Assembly: GCA_951406725.2 (NCBI GenBank)
Contig: OX597830.1
Location: 32,054,001-32,118,000 of the forward strand
Source of the DNA: Octopus vulgaris
Lineage: Eukaryota
DNA: 64,000 nucleotides
Direction: 5' to 3'
Shown here piece after piece: positions 1 to 13,456 of this stretch. A model generated the notes under the pieces. The model was not told the DNA's origin. It made no database searches and saw nothing but the letters and a program-made list of their open reading frames with translations. Both the position numbers and the translations under genes were made by a program. Each line of letters begins with the position of its first letter. The first letter of the stretch is position 1.

Positions 1-209
1 TTTTGGATTTTTTTGTTTTGTTGTATGTGTCTTTTTACACCGGAATAAAATCGCAATTTTTCAGCAGTTGTTATGCTATCCGTTATTAGACAGGTTTATG
101 CGAGTATAACATGCATATACATACGATATCATTATTCTTCTTATTTCTATTCTTTTTGAGTTATTATTATTGTTAACATTATTATTATCATTATCATTAT
201 TGTTGTTGC

Positions 210-240
<31 letters not shown>

Positions 241-501
241 GGGGTGGTTGGGTGGAGGGAAAGAGTTGCAGGAATTTGCTGAGTGAGCACACCACATAAA
301 ATATATCTAAGAGCACTTAATTTTGTTTCTGAGTCTCTCAGCATTGTGATTTCAAAACTCCTGCCAGAACCAAATTTTCCTCCCATATTTCAAGAATTGT
401 TTGTTAAGATATATGTATTCATTCACACGTCTAAATTTTGACCTTCAGATTTCTTACCAGCACCCTTTGTGGAAGGGCTTTATTAGTATTGTTCTCTCTT
501 G

Positions 502-710
502 AAGGTGGTGAGCTGGCAGAAATGTTAGCATGCCAGACGAAATGCTTAGCGGTATTTTGTCTGTCTTTCAAATTCTGCCATGGTCAGCTTTGCTTTTATC
601 CTTTCGGGGGGTCAATAAATAAAGTACCAGTTGTATACTGGTGTCAATCTAATCGACTGGCCCCCTCTCCAAAACTTTCAGGCCTTGTGCCTAGAGGAGA
701 AAAGAATATT
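502..710 (+). mobile_element. tRNA-derived SINE with Nin/Deu-type central domain (family A)
   Basis: Head AAGGTGGTGAGCTGGCAGAA, central GCTTTTATCCTTTCGGGGGTCAATAAATAAAGTACCAG (Nin/Deu-like), tail GGCCTTGTGCCTAGAGGAGAAAAGAATATT; more than 20 related copies in the window. Confidence 0.85.
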
Positions 711-722
711 TTCCGTATACTG

Positions 723-944
723 AAGGCGGAGAGCTGACAGAAATGTTAGCATGCCGGACGAAATCCTTAGCGGTATTTTGTCTGTCTTTACATTCTGAGT
801 TCAAATTCCACCAAGGTCGACTTTGCCTTTTATCCTTTCAGGGGTCAATAAATTAAGTACCAGTTGCATATTGGGGTCGATCTAATCGACTGCCCCCCTG
901 CCCCTAAAATTCCAGGCCTTGTGCCTAGAGTAGAAAAGAATATT
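723..944 (+). mobile_element. SINE family A, full-length, in tandem with previous copy
   Basis: Same head, B-box-like GAGTTCAAATTCC, GTCGACTTTGCCTTTTATCCTTTCAGGGGTCAATAAATTAAGTACCAG and same tail. Confidence 0.85.
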
Positions 945-1498
945 GTTATCTGTTGGTTTGGGTGAATCGTTAGAGCATCAGTAAAAAAAGAACTTTATAG
1001 GATGACATGCTGAGCTCAAATCCCACTAAGTCAGCAAGGATTTTCACCCCCAACAAAGTCAATAAAACACAGTATTAGTCAATCACTGGGGCGATTTTAT
1101 TAACTACCCCCTCTCCAGGAATTTCTATCCCAGCTGGCAGAATTGTTAGTGTTATGGAAAAAATGCATTTTATGGTAGAATTATTAGACATAAACTCAGA
1201 AATAGGGGGTGCAGTAGGTGCAATGTACTCCCTAAATTTTCGGGTGGTGGTGAGGTAATGAAAATGCTTTGAATGTTCTCCTGAAAAATTGGGTTTCCAC
1301 CCTGTAAGCAAGTTTCATTTCTTCTCTTAGGTTTATTAGAATCTCAGAATAATGATTTGTGCTTATGTCTTTGCCTCTCATCCTTTCGGGATCGATAAAA
1401 TAAGTACCAGTGGAGCACTGGGGTCGATGTCATCAACTATCCCCTTCCCCAAATTTCAGACCTTGTGCCTGTAGTAGAAAGGATTATTTTTGTTTTTG

Positions 1499-1532
<34 letters not shown>

Positions 1533-1560
1533 CATTATTATTATTATTATTATTATTTAT

Positions 1561-1731
1561 TGCCTTTGCACAGCTTCTAATGTTGAAGATGTACTACAGA
1601 GTCACCTGTTCACTACCAGTAAACTAAGGTAACACCTCTTATTTTTTGGGCACTTTCTGGAGTATTCGATTGGTTCCAAGCAGTGCTGTTTTTTGCAAGT
1701 GCTCCACCCTTATTGCAGCCCCTATTTGTTC
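1561..1731 (-). mobile_element. R4/Dong-clade (REL endonuclease) LINE 3' end
   Basis: Minus strand encodes EQIGAAIRVEHLQKTALLGTNRILQKV, matching the R4/Dong C-terminal LQKxxLLGTARILRKVL motif; 3' end abuts the (ATT)n tract at about 1500-1560. Confidence 0.75.
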
Positions 1732-2197
1732 CGAGCTACTTACCACACAGCCCACCTGCACCTGTGTGTTTTTTTATTATTATTAAAGCCTGTTAGTTAT
1801 TCTATTGGTCACATTTGCTGAACTGCTAGGTTATAGGGATATAGATACAGCGGCTCTGTTCATACGCTAGCTGTGTTGAGGCAAACTGTCCTTTAATATA
1901 GTTGTGGGCAATATGCAACTTCTGAGACTTTCTGAATTGCAGGTTTAACAAAAACAATTAGTTTTGAATATTTTTGAGCTGAGTGGCTACTTAATAACGA
2001 GCCATGTCTCAGGTGGCACACTTCTCAGAAAAGGTTGCCCATGCCTAGTTTCATGCAAATTTAACCAACAGATTTAGATCAATCTCAATGACAAGAAAAA
2101 AAGTCTAGGTGTGACAGTATTATGAAACTGAACAGCATGTCTATGTCAAAGGAAATAACCCAAAAGAAGACAAAGAGAAAAACCACATACCTCTGTT

Positions 2198-2514
2198 CTG
2201 TGGTGGACTGGGTCTAAAGATATTGATTGCCAGGAGACTAAGGGGGCCTACCTGCAACTACAAGGGGGCCCAACCACAACTACAATGCCATCATTTCACT
2301 TTTTTTTTTTTTGTTAAAAGTATTCTTTTCAACTGTCTACAAACACAGCCAGACTGAAATAATTAATGCATTCTTCTAGGAATGAATAAAAAATTCTCAA
2401 ACTTGAGAGGATGGCCCCCCTTAGATACTAGAATGGGCCCTCATATATGGATTCTAATAGCGCAGGGGCCCACTTGCCAATGGGCAATCTGACAACCTGG
2501 CCAGTCTACCACTG
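2198..2514. mobile_element. hAT-type MITE
   Basis: Termini CTGTGGTGGACTGG / CCAGTCTACCACTG; 8-bp TSD CCTCTGTT (2190-2197) / CCTCTGCT (2515-2522); GGGGCCC subterminal motifs. Confidence 0.75.
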
Positions 2515-2729
2515 CCTCTGCTTACAAAAGGATGGAAGTAGATTGAATTTTATCCTGTGTCAAGTTATACAAGTTCTTCAGGTGATATAGGGAGAAATTT
2601 TCTTAAAGGAAATGGGCAAAAATTATAGCACTGTCAATTGTACATTTAAAACTGAGGAATCTGCCGAAAGAAACCTTGAAATTGTGAGATATACCTATGG
2701 TTGATCATTTATAATTTAGTATACAAGTC

Positions 2730-2960
2730 AAACCCTTAGTATTTAAACAGGCCCACATTAAGCCCATTTATTCTACCTGTTTTATGTTCAAACCAGCTAG
2801 ATCTGGATTCTCACACCTATTCCACAATGTAATTTTAAAAATAAATAAACACATTATTGAAATTTTAAAAACTGTGTGACGATGCATAATTAATTAAAAA
2901 CTACGGGAATAAATAAATGAACATTACAGTTGACAGTATAACCTGAATCCTAAAGCTTTA
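2730..2960 (-). mobile_element. Degenerate piggyBac-like MITE (family P1)
   Basis: Reverse-complement similarity to 5270-5490. Confidence 0.55.
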
Positions 2961-4355
2961 AAAAAAATAAGTGACTAACAATAAAAGACATTGAACTAGG
3001 GGTCACAAAAGGGCTAAATAAAAAAAAGTGACCTGTGGAGTCAAATAGATTTTTGTCCAGTACAAAATGTCAAGAGAAAGGTAGAAAATTAATGATGCAG
3101 GGGTCAGAAAGACTTGTTGCAATATTCATTGCAGTAAAACTCACCACAGAACTGGATACCCAGAAGAACTAGAAAGACCAAACAATAAAAGGGAATAATA
3201 AAATTAATGACGATCAACTGCAGCAGTAAAAGAAGAATGCATTTCCGTTGCTAGAATATACCCTGCCAAAGTTCTGGAAATGGCAGGTGATATAGCTTTA
3301 TATTTGGAATAAAAAATATAAGAGCAAACACGGCATTCCCAAACAGTGCTGGCCTGTTTTAATATACCAACATTCAGGGATGAGAAAAAAATAACCATTG
3401 CAGGTGCAGGCCTGGCTGCGTGGTAAGATGCTTGCTTCCCAAACACATAGTTCTGGGTTCAGTCCTACTGCATGGCACATTGGGAAAGTGTCTTCTACTA
3501 TAACAGATTAAAGAAGTATGGAGTACACTACATACAAAAAATACTATGTCCGTTTAGGACCATTTACATGGGAGCTCTGGGCAAAATGTTTAGTGCATGA
3601 CCATCCTTGGGACATAAGTAATGTGTGTGTAAAGTTTGGTGAAAATCAGTTGAGAATTGTGGAAATGTATGCATTCAATGTTCCTAGTCAATTTAATTAC
3701 TGTCACTGGTGGATAGTGGAAATAGATAAATAGACAAAAACCTTTCACTTTTATAAAAAGATTAAAAAGTATGGAAAACCCTACAGATTATAAAACAGCT
3801 GATTAATGCAAATGAATAGGAATCATCTACTGTTAGATTCCCATCGCTCTAGAGGCCCTAATATCGATTTTAAAAAAAAATCTAAGTATCCTATGTTTGG
3901 GTCTGTGATATGAAGCAGCTGTGTATAAACTTTTAAAGAAATCAGATGAAAAATATAGAAGTTATAGAGGTACATTAAATTCTTGTACACACACAGTCAC
4001 ACACATACAATTTTATAAATATATCTGTGTGTGTGTCTGTGTTTGTCTCCGACCACTACTTGACAACCAGTGCTGGTGTGTTTACATCCCTGTAAAATAG
4101 TGGTTCAGCAAAAGAAACTGATGGAATAAGAAGCGTGCTTAAAAATACATCCTGGGGTTGACTCATTTGACTAATAATTCTTCACGGCAGTGCTCCAGCA
4201 TGGCCACAGTCTGAAACAAGTAAAACATAAAAGATAAGTGATGTAATTCTACAAGTGGGCAGCAAGATTACAAAAGGGATAAAAATGAAATGAATTCACA
4301 GCAAAAATTAGACTCAGCAGAAAACAACAGCATTATATATATATATATATATATG

Positions 4356-4393
<38 letters not shown>

Positions 4394-4432
4394 TAGATAG
4401 ATAGATATAGATATAGGTGCAGGAGTGACTAT

Positions 4433-4800
4433 AGGCACAGGAGTGGCTGTGTGGTAAGTAGCTTGCTCACGAACAACATGCTTCTGGGTTCATCCCACTG
4501 TGTGAACCGTGGGCATGTGTCTTTCACTATAGCCTCAGGCTGAACAAAACCTTGTGAGTGGATTTGGCAGATGGAAACTGAAAGAAGCCTGATATATACA
4601 TACATATTTGTATATGTTTGTGTGTGTGTTTGTCCCCCACCATCACTTGACAACTGATGCTGGTGTGCTTACGTCCATGTAACTTAGCAATTCAGCAAAA
4701 GAGACCGATACAATGAGTCCTGGGGTCAATTTGATCGACTAAAGGTGGTGCTCCAGCATGGCCACAGTCAAATGACTGAAACAAGTAAAAAAATAAAAGA
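4433..4800 (+). mobile_element. tRNA-derived CORE-like SINE with internal (TA/TG)n tract (family B)
   Basis: Head GGCACAGGAGTGGCTGTGTGGTAAG..GGGTTCATCCC, CORE-like GGGCATGTGTCTTTCACTATAGCCTC, tail GGTGCTCCAGCATGGCCACAGTCAAATGACTGAAACAAGTAAAA; many copies in the window. Confidence 0.85.
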
Positions 4801-5269
4801 ATATATAGGTGCATGCCCAAGTACACTCGTATCAATACAGACATGCAACCAAAACCATTTTGAGCGTGTCCACACACCCACATGTACAACTATATACTTG
4901 CACATACCATCCCTTCCTGCCTCTCCTCCAACAACCTGACCGATTTCCTGTTCACCATGTGGTGTTTTACCAACTAACTGTCATCATTGATATACAGTTA
5001 TACAAACATCAAATCCCGACATCACATGACCTTCCTCAACCAATCGCCGCCCACCTTATAGTAATAACAATCAACTTCTTTCATTCAAGTTCAAAATGGC
5101 TGAAGATTAGCATCATGCTTGAAACTGTCAGAGTAACAGCGAATTTGAATCAAACTGTTTTGATCCATATATGTGTGTGTATGTGTGTATGTGTGTGTGT
5201 ATATATATATATATACATGAGCAAAATGCCCCCCGTTCAATGGACGGTGCTGAGTTGTCAAACATTTAA

Positions 5270-5490
5270 CCCTTTAGTGTTCGCATTATTCTGCCAAAAT
5301 TAATCCCTTTTTATCCACATTGTTTTGAATTAATCATGCATTATCTTGTAGCTATGAGATTTTGATGGGGTAGCTGTTAATTTTTCAAACGATATTGTAG
5401 GGTTGGTGTGAGAGACCAGATCTGGCCAGTTTGAACATAAAACAGGCAGAATACTTTTGGCCGGATATGGCCGGTTTAAATGCTAAAGGG
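5270..5490. mobile_element. piggyBac-like MITE (family P1)
   Basis: TTAA at 5266-5269 and 5491-5494 flank termini CCCTTTAG / CTAAAGGG; inserted into another repeat (about 5215-5790). Confidence 0.8.
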
Positions 5491-6359
5491 TTAAACCAAA
5501 TTTTCTCAAAACAACTTGTCCGACCGTCCCATAGGCCTCCCCTTTGAGAAACACTGATTTAACCTAAATTTGAGGCACTAGCAAAAGAAGAAATAAAGAT
5601 AGACATTTTTTCTATTCCAAAGAAAAACGATTTTATTCACTTTATCTATCGCTTTCTCACCTGGAATCAATTTTTGTAATTTTTTCAAGACTTATACACG
5701 CCCTGATACCGTTGGTATCTACATATCAAATTTGAGCGCAATCGGATGGAGGATGCCCGAGATCCTAGAAGACACACACACAGACATATATACATATATA
5801 TGTGTGTGTATATATATATATATATATATGTACATATATCTTTGCTGTGTGTGGCATTCATTTCACTGTATCAATGTTTTTTTAGATCATGGCTTCTGGA
5901 GATGATAGACTGAGATACAGAAATGCTTTGTTGCTATGTCTATGTCAAGAGAAAAAAAAATCATTATTAGGTTTTTACAAGTCTCCATAACAACATCAAG
6001 GTGAAGATGAATTAAACTTTGTAATTAAGAGAGAATTACCATGGGATAAATCATTTGTGCTGAGTGGCGGCTTCTCCTAATTAGTCTCTGAGAAATATAA
6101 CAAAGTAGCGTTTTATATTCTCTCCAGGGTTTTGTCCTAGTGACTGATCGGAGGATTTTGCTATTTGGCAGATGTGAATTTACAAAGCTACTATCTCATC
6201 TTGATTGACTTTGACATCATGGGTTCAAACATCATTTAATCTTAGTCTTTTCTATTTCTCGTTGTCTTAGATATATGAGTGTGGAATATCAATATATCGA
6301 AAATATCAGTGTATCGAAAAAACGATTCTGACACACAAAAGCTTTTCCACATCATATGC

Positions 6360-6471
6360 ACATGGTTCCGGGTTCAGTCCCACTACGTGGCAAGTGTCTT
6401 CCGCTATAGCCTTGGGTTGACCAAAGTCTTGTGAGTGGATTTGGTAGATGGAAACTGAAAGAAGCCCACCG

Positions 6472-6508
<37 letters not shown>

Positions 6509-6680
6509 CCAGCATCGCTTGACAACTGATGCTGGTGTGTCTATATCCCCATAACTTAGCAGTTAAGCAAAAGTGACCGATAGAATAAGTACTAGGCTTA
6601 CAAACAATAAGTCCTGGGATTGATCTGTTTGACTAAAGGCAGTGCTCCAGCATGGTTGCAGTCAAATGACTGAAACAAAT
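6360..6680 (+). mobile_element. SINE family B, 5'-truncated
   Basis: Similarity to 4433-4800. Confidence 0.8.
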
Positions 6681-6898
6681 AATGCATATATATATATATA
6701 TATATATATACAAAATAAGAAAATGGAGAAATATATCTAAATCATTCATCAACTATCAGATAATACCGAATCATATATTTTATTAAAACACTACACAAGA
6801 GCATTAAGATTAGACATTAATACAGTACAACAATTACAATCAATATAATGAGATATAACTAAATAAATATAACAAGATATAAAATACATATACATTAT

Positions 6899-7014
6899 AA
6901 CTGACAGCTGTTTCGGCCATGCAGATAAGTATGTCTCATTTAACCTATATTAGCCATATATTGCAGGTATAAATGAGACATTAACAAAAATATCTTACGG
7001 CCTCTTCGGAGATT
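6899..7014 (-). ncRNA. Degenerate type I hammerhead ribozyme motif in Penelope-like remnant
   Basis: Minus strand: CCGAAGA-GGCC...GGCC-GAAAC-AGCT-GTC; palindromic stem III ACAGCTGT; U-to-C change in the CUGA core. Confidence 0.6.
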
Positions 7015-7589
7015 CTAATTTAATGCAGTGCCAAATTTAGGACAAAATGAGGCCCTGTGCTAGATAAGTTATGAGGCTTCTTACTTGGACAGTCAGGCAT
7101 ACACATTCAGGAAAGTCATCTTAAAAAAATTTGAGGGCAGGATGATGGGGTCATCATTGTGAGTAAGCACACCTAAGCACAATAGTAAATCCAGTGCTAT
7201 ATATATGTTTATATACGTGTATGTGTGTGTATATGTATTAAATGTATGTGTTTATTATATATATATATATATAGATTACATGATCATGTGACCACTTTTG
7301 TATTGTTTTAGCCTTCAAATGACACCACCCCACTAGGTAGGTAAGCAGACCAACACTCCACCTTGATCGAATGGAAGACTGGACCAATGGGGAATAGTCC
7401 GCAGCTTAGGTGAAAAGATCGCAGAACACTGAGGAGAATGTAATGGAAGGTACTAAGCAACCATTCACCATCAACATGTCATATGGAAGCACAATAGATC
7501 AATAAATATGCAGAAGTAAAAATTATTTCCAAACATTCAAAGGGGTTGTATAAACACAGCAGATAGATACTAGTTCCACTATACATCAT

Positions 7590-7755
7590 CATCATCATTT
7601 AGCATCTGTTTTCCATGCTAGCATGGGTTGGACGGTTCAACTAGGGTCTGTGAAGCCAGAAGGCTTCATCAGGCCCAGTCAGATCTGGCAGTGTTTCTAC
7701 GGCTGGACGCCCTTCCTAACGCCAACCACTCTGTGAGTGTAGTGGGTGCTTTTAC
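7590..7755 (-). mobile_element. Meta-domain SINE 3' part with (GAT)n tail (family D)
   Basis: Reverse complement of GGTTGGCGTTAGGAAGGGCGTCCAGCCGTAGAAAC...CCAACCCATGCTAGCATGGAAAA..GATGATGAT. Confidence 0.75.
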
Positions 7756-8368
7756 TCAATAAAAAAGAATGAGCAATGTAACAAAACGTTTCAGCTCCAA
7801 CACAGTAATACAGTAATACAAAAATAAGGATGCAATAAGGCTAAATTAATTAAAACCAACTTCACACACATACAATTTCTTATATTGGTAGCAAAAAGGG
7901 AAGCAAAAGAAATATAAGATTATATAAATCAAAAACTTCATCCTCTCACACACTTTCTACAGATGAGAATCTAAGACTACTGAGACCACAGGGATAGTGA
8001 GATGATAAATTTCCACGGAAAGTAAAACAGAATGAAATAAACTAAAAAAAAAAAAAAAACAACAACAAAGGCAAGTGGTTATAGGTTTCAAAAAATATGA
8101 CCCTTCTAAAATGTAGCACTACATGCTTCTGAACAGCATCAGATCAAAAGTTTTGCAAGACTAACTCCAAAACAATATGACTCTCAGCATGCACACATAT
8201 ATATATATATATATATATAAACAGAAACAGTTTCCAACCCTTGAAATATGTCTTAATGTAGGTTCATTTATTTTTATGTATATATCTTTGTTTTTGTTTT
8301 TAAAAGAGCCATTACTTTTATACATAGTGTGCATTTTCCTTGTATTTTACCTTTCCCTATATATATGT

Positions 8369-8410
<42 letters not shown>

Positions 8411-8854
8411 GCATGTATACATGTATGTATACATGTTTGTATGTATGTATGTATATATATATAGATCTGTATATGTATATATATACACACATATATATAT
8501 ACATATAAATGTGTATATACTCATGCTGCCTTTCCATGAATTCTCTTGCACTAGTTCTCTATCATTATTCCTTCTCGTATTTGTGCCCGCTTTACCATTT
8601 TTGCTTTGAATAAACAGAAACAACAAAGAGTAGAATGTTCTCTTATATTTTTGCCGAAGGCATGAAAACTTCTTTGATATTGTTCCCACGATAAAATGCA
8701 TCTGGAATACTCCATAAAACGATTGTCCTTAGAAATGGTAACTTGCAGTAAAAACAATGCTAAAATTAAAAGGTTTATTGGTGAGCCATAATTTTCCAGT
8801 CCATCTAAGAGGACAGTAATTTCATGCAAGAACTAATTCAGACCTTAGTGAAAG

Positions 8855-9130
8855 CACATAGCTAAGCAGCGAGAATATTCAGCTCCCGATTGCAAGGTTG
8901 TGAGTTCAGTTCCCAGTAGTGCATTGCATTCTTGAGCAAGACACTTCATTTCGTGTTGCTCCAGACTGCTCAGCTGGCTAAAACAAGTTGTACCTGTGAT
9001 TCAATGGGGGCCAGCCTTGTTACATCCTGTGTCATGCTGGATCTCTCTGATGACTATGTCAAAGGTATGTGTGTGTTTGTGGAGCACTCAGCCAGTTGCA
9101 CGTTAATTTCGCTAGCAGGATGTGCCATTG
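8855..9130 (+). mobile_element. tRNA-derived CORE-like SINE (family C)
   Basis: GAGTTCAGTTCCC B-box-like motif then TTCTTGAGCAAGACACTTCATTTCGTGTTGCTCCAG; related copies at about 24.6, 43.4 and 55.1 kb. Confidence 0.7.
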
Positions 9131-9218
9131 ATGGTGTTGATGGTAGCACTCATCTTTGTAACCCGACTGAGAGCCAGGCTGATTCAGACGTTGACAACGT
9201 ATTGAAAGCCCACCTCCA

Positions 9219-9920
9219 ATGATAATGATGATGATGACGACGACGACGATGGCGATATTGATGCTGATGATGCTGGTGTTGATGATACTGATGATGATGA
9301 TAATGATGATGTTGATGATGACAACTATATGAATGATGATGACAATGGTGGCAATGATCATGTTGATGTTAGCGATGACTGTAATGGTGATAATGATGTT
9401 GAAATGATACAATGAGGATGATGCTGATAATGATGATGGTGGTGGTGGTGACGGTGGTTGTAACAGTGGTGGTGATTTGTGTACAATGACGATGATGGTG
9501 GTGACAATAGTAATGATGATGATGATGATAGCAATGATATCTACACTGATGACAATGGTGGTCATAGTGGTTGTGATGATGATGATGATGATGGCAACAA
9601 TGATGATGACAACAATAACGATGATGGTGGTGACAATACTAATGATGATGATGATGATGATAGCAATGATATCTACACTGATGACGATGGTGGTCATAGT
9701 GGTTGTGATGATGATGATGATGATGGCAACAATGATGATGACAACAATAACGATGATGGTGGTGACAATACTAATGATGATGATGATGATGATGATAACA
9801 ATGATATCTACGCTGATGACGCTGACGATGATAATGATGGTTGTTTTTGTGGTTGTAATAATGATGATAACAATGATGACGACAACAATGACAACGACAA
9901 TGATGATGATGATGATGATT
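9219..9920. repeat. Degenerate (GAT/GGT)n low-complexity block with internal ~130-bp tandem duplication
   Basis: ACGATGATGGTGGTGACAATA recurs at 9489, 9618 and 9750. Confidence 0.85.
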
Positions 9921-10705
9921 ATTATCATATATCATCTTTTTTTTTTCGTTAACATATCTTCTAATTTTCTGCCTAAGATTTATTATTCCATTTTGCTGTT
10001 CCAGTTATTTCTCAACTATTCAAATGTTATTCATTTTCGATATCATTCATTTATTTATTTGTAGATATCTTGTTATATTGCCAGCTAGACATGAATTCCA
10101 TTTTCCTTTTTTTTTTCCCACATATATATCTTTTTCTCTTCTCCCCACCCATCATCACACTTTTTTTTTTTAAGAATACCGATATATCTTTCTCTTTGAT
10201 ATTGTCATTTCCCATTTAGCTTCTTTGTCTTTTTTTTCTGCATAATAATTCTTTAACTTTTATCTCTGCATGTTCACTTATCCCTCATAGCAGTGAGATA
10301 ATTATATTTTATCTGATTTTTACCAATAGATTTCATAGTTTCATTGATATCTCGAGTATCTGGGGTATTTCATGTGATTTCTTGAACTGGCTTGTTTTCT
10401 GGTTTTGTAATGTCTCAGTTTATTGCTTTCTGCGAGTCGGAATTTTCTGGAATCAAACGACGTCAACGATTTATTACTCTTCATCAATACTCCTACAATC
10501 ACGATTATCAAAACTCTGACTTCAAAAAAATTCTGTCCTTCCCCAAGCACGTGATTTTGGGTTCAGTTTCATTGTGTGACACATTAGGCAACTGTCTTCT
10601 ACAAGGTCAACCAAAGCCTTGTGAGTAGATTTGAAAGACAAAGCCTGAAAGATGCATATTGTATACTCACATACATATACATACATAAATACATACATAC
10701 ACACA

Positions 10706-10750
<45 letters not shown>

Positions 10751-10754
10751 GTAT

Positions 10755-10986
10755 ATTCTTTTATTCATTTACTTGTTTCAGTCATTTGACTGCGGCCATG
10801 CTGGAGCACCACCTTTAGTCGAACAAATTTACCCCAGAACTTATTCTTTGTAAGCCTAGTACTTATTCTATTGGTCTCTCTTGCCAAACCGCTAAGTTGC
10901 ATGGATGTAAACACACCAGCATTGGATGTCAAGTGATGTTGGTGGGGACAAACACAGATACACAAACATATACACACATATACATA

Positions 10987-11061
<75 letters not shown>

Positions 11062-11430
11062 ATATACGTATATAAAATATGAGGGAATATTATTCCAAAC
11101 TTACAGGGAAAAATTCAATTTAGAAATACTAAATCAAATTTCACAAAATATTATATATATATATGAATTAGAAAAAAAAACACCTTTTTAATTTTTTGTA
11201 ATTCAATTTTTAATTTTTAATTGATGAAAGGTGTTTTTTTCTAATTTATGAATATATATATATATACGACAGGCTTCTTTCAGTTTCCATTTACCAAATC
11301 CACTCACAAGGCTTTGGTCAGTCTGAGGCTATAGTAGAAGACACTCACCCAAGGTGCCACGCAGTAGGACTGAATCCGGAACCATGTGGTTGGTTAGCAA
11401 GCTACTTACCACACAGCCACTCCTGTGCCT
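10755..11430 (-). mobile_element. SINE family B split by an insertion/expansion in its internal microsatellite
   Basis: 3' half at about 10755-10980 and 5' half at about 11265-11430, same orientation, separated by (TA)n and AT-rich sequence. Confidence 0.75.
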
Positions 11431-12188
11431 ATATATATATATATATATATATATAGATATATATAGATATATATATATCATTAGTTAATAAATCATATGG
11501 TATGCACCTGGTAGTTTACCATTAAAGCTTGTTAATTTTAGCAGTGTTGTTTGAGAATTTGATTAATGAAAGAGATGGAAGATATAAGAATGTTTATTGG
11601 TCACTACAATTGTTTTGACCAATCTAGCATCGATTCCTCATGAGTAGGATACTGAACATCTGGCTTAGAGTAGAAGCATCTCTTTAGATGATTAGAAGAT
11701 GTATCTCGTTAAAATAAAGTCTGTTCTGCAAGATTTGTTCTTAGTATTTCTATACAAAAGCAGCAAATTAAAGTTTACAGCCTTCTTAATATTGAAGATC
11801 AGTATCATACACACATGTGCACACACACACACACGTATATTCACAACAATCTAAAGCAAGTTATAGATCCAACATATGGCTGGCTTTAGCTATGCCATCA
11901 TCAATAAAGAAACATTGCAGAAACAGCTGTTGTGAACCTTTAAAACCCAGTTGTATCCTTATTTTAAATGTGCATGTATCTCTCTATCTAGTCATCTATC
12001 CATCTATAATACATACATACATATACATATACATACAGATATATATTTATATATATATATATATTTAAATAGGTGAATGAATTATCCTATGTTTATCGTC
12101 AGCATGGAAAATTCATTGAACCGGAACCAGGGTAGCAAATTCACGTCAGAAATTTTTGTTTGTCTTGTTGTCGAGAGAGGCTCTCTTT

Positions 12189-12270
12189 CTTTCCTGATGA
12201 GAAGATTGCATAATTCACCCTTTATTCCTTTGGAATGAAACCATGTTGTCTTCGAAACATATGTCGAGAG
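12189..12270 (+). ncRNA. Type I hammerhead ribozyme with intact core (Penelope-like element)
   Basis: CTTTC-CTGATGA(12194-12200)-GAAGAT...GTCTTC-GAAAC(12254-12258)-ATAT-GTC(12263-12265)-GAGAG; stems I, II and III all pair. Confidence 0.75.
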
Positions 12271-12315
12271 TAAAGGAATTTTGTTAACATCTTTGTTCGA
12301 CTCCATTCTTTCATT

Positions 12316-12361
<46 letters not shown>

Positions 12362-12546
12362 ATATATATTGGGAGAATTCGCAAAAAAACAAAAGATGAA
12401 GACATGTGGTGTAGACAACAAACAGATGTATTAGTAAAATGCTCAGTAAGTGAAAAAGTCTTTTACGTTTCGAGCCTACACTCTTCCATACGAAGGAACA
12501 CAGAAAGAAACAAGGAGAGAAAATAAAGAATGTGTAGTGGCTAGCG

Positions 12547-12615
<69 letters not shown>

Positions 12616-12624
12616 ATAGAAAAT

Positions 12625-12700
12625 ATTTGGAGTTAGCAAGAAGGAGTATGGTTGGACATTTATAAATGTCCTATCGTACTCTTTCATGTTGACTCCAAAT
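12625..12700 (+). repeat. 76-bp imperfect palindrome/hairpin
   Basis: 38 symmetric position pairs: 31 Watson-Crick, 5 G-U, 2 mismatches. Confidence 0.85.
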
Positions 12701-12814
12701 TTTCCCAGTTATCTATTCATACATGACAGATGTTCAAATGCAAACCTGGAAGTATGTATAATACTACAGCTGGATAGCACAGGCTGAAATCTGAAGGTGG
12801 AGAAAAAGGTGTAT

Positions 12815-13129
12815 AACTAGTTCTTGTTTTATTGACCCCCAAAAGGATGAAAGGCAAAGTCAACCCTGGTGGAATTTGAACTCAGAACAAAGTGACAGGT
12901 GAAATGCCACTAAGTATTTTGTCCGCTTTAAAATGAAATGATAATAATACTGATAATTCTTTCTAAGTTTGGCACAATGCCAATAATTTTGAGAGGAGGA
13001 GCAAGATGATTTCAGTACTTGACCAGTATTTTATTTTATCAACCCCAGAAGAATGAAAGGCAAAGTTAACCTCAGCAGGATTTGAACTCAGAATGTAAAG
13101 ACCTGGAATAAAGACTGCAAAATTTGAAA

Positions 13130-13210
<81 letters not shown>

Positions 13211-13423
13211 GGCTGTGATTTGGCAGAAGCATTAGCATACTGCACAAAATGCTTAGCGGTATTTTGCTCGTTGCTATGTTCTGAGTTCAAATTCCACCAG
13301 GGTCAACTTTGCATTTCATGCTGTCCAGGTCGATTAAATAAGTACCAGTTGAGCACTGGGATTGATGTTATCAACTAGTCCCCTCCACCCAAAATTTCAG
13401 GCTTTGTGTCTACAGTAAAGATG

Positions 13424-13456
<33 letters not shown>

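Noticed and set aside
9479-9952. 157-aa Asp-rich ORF reminiscent of acidic biomineralisation proteins
   Set aside because: Decayed (GAT)n open in several frames and on both strands; no signal peptide or convincing splice context.
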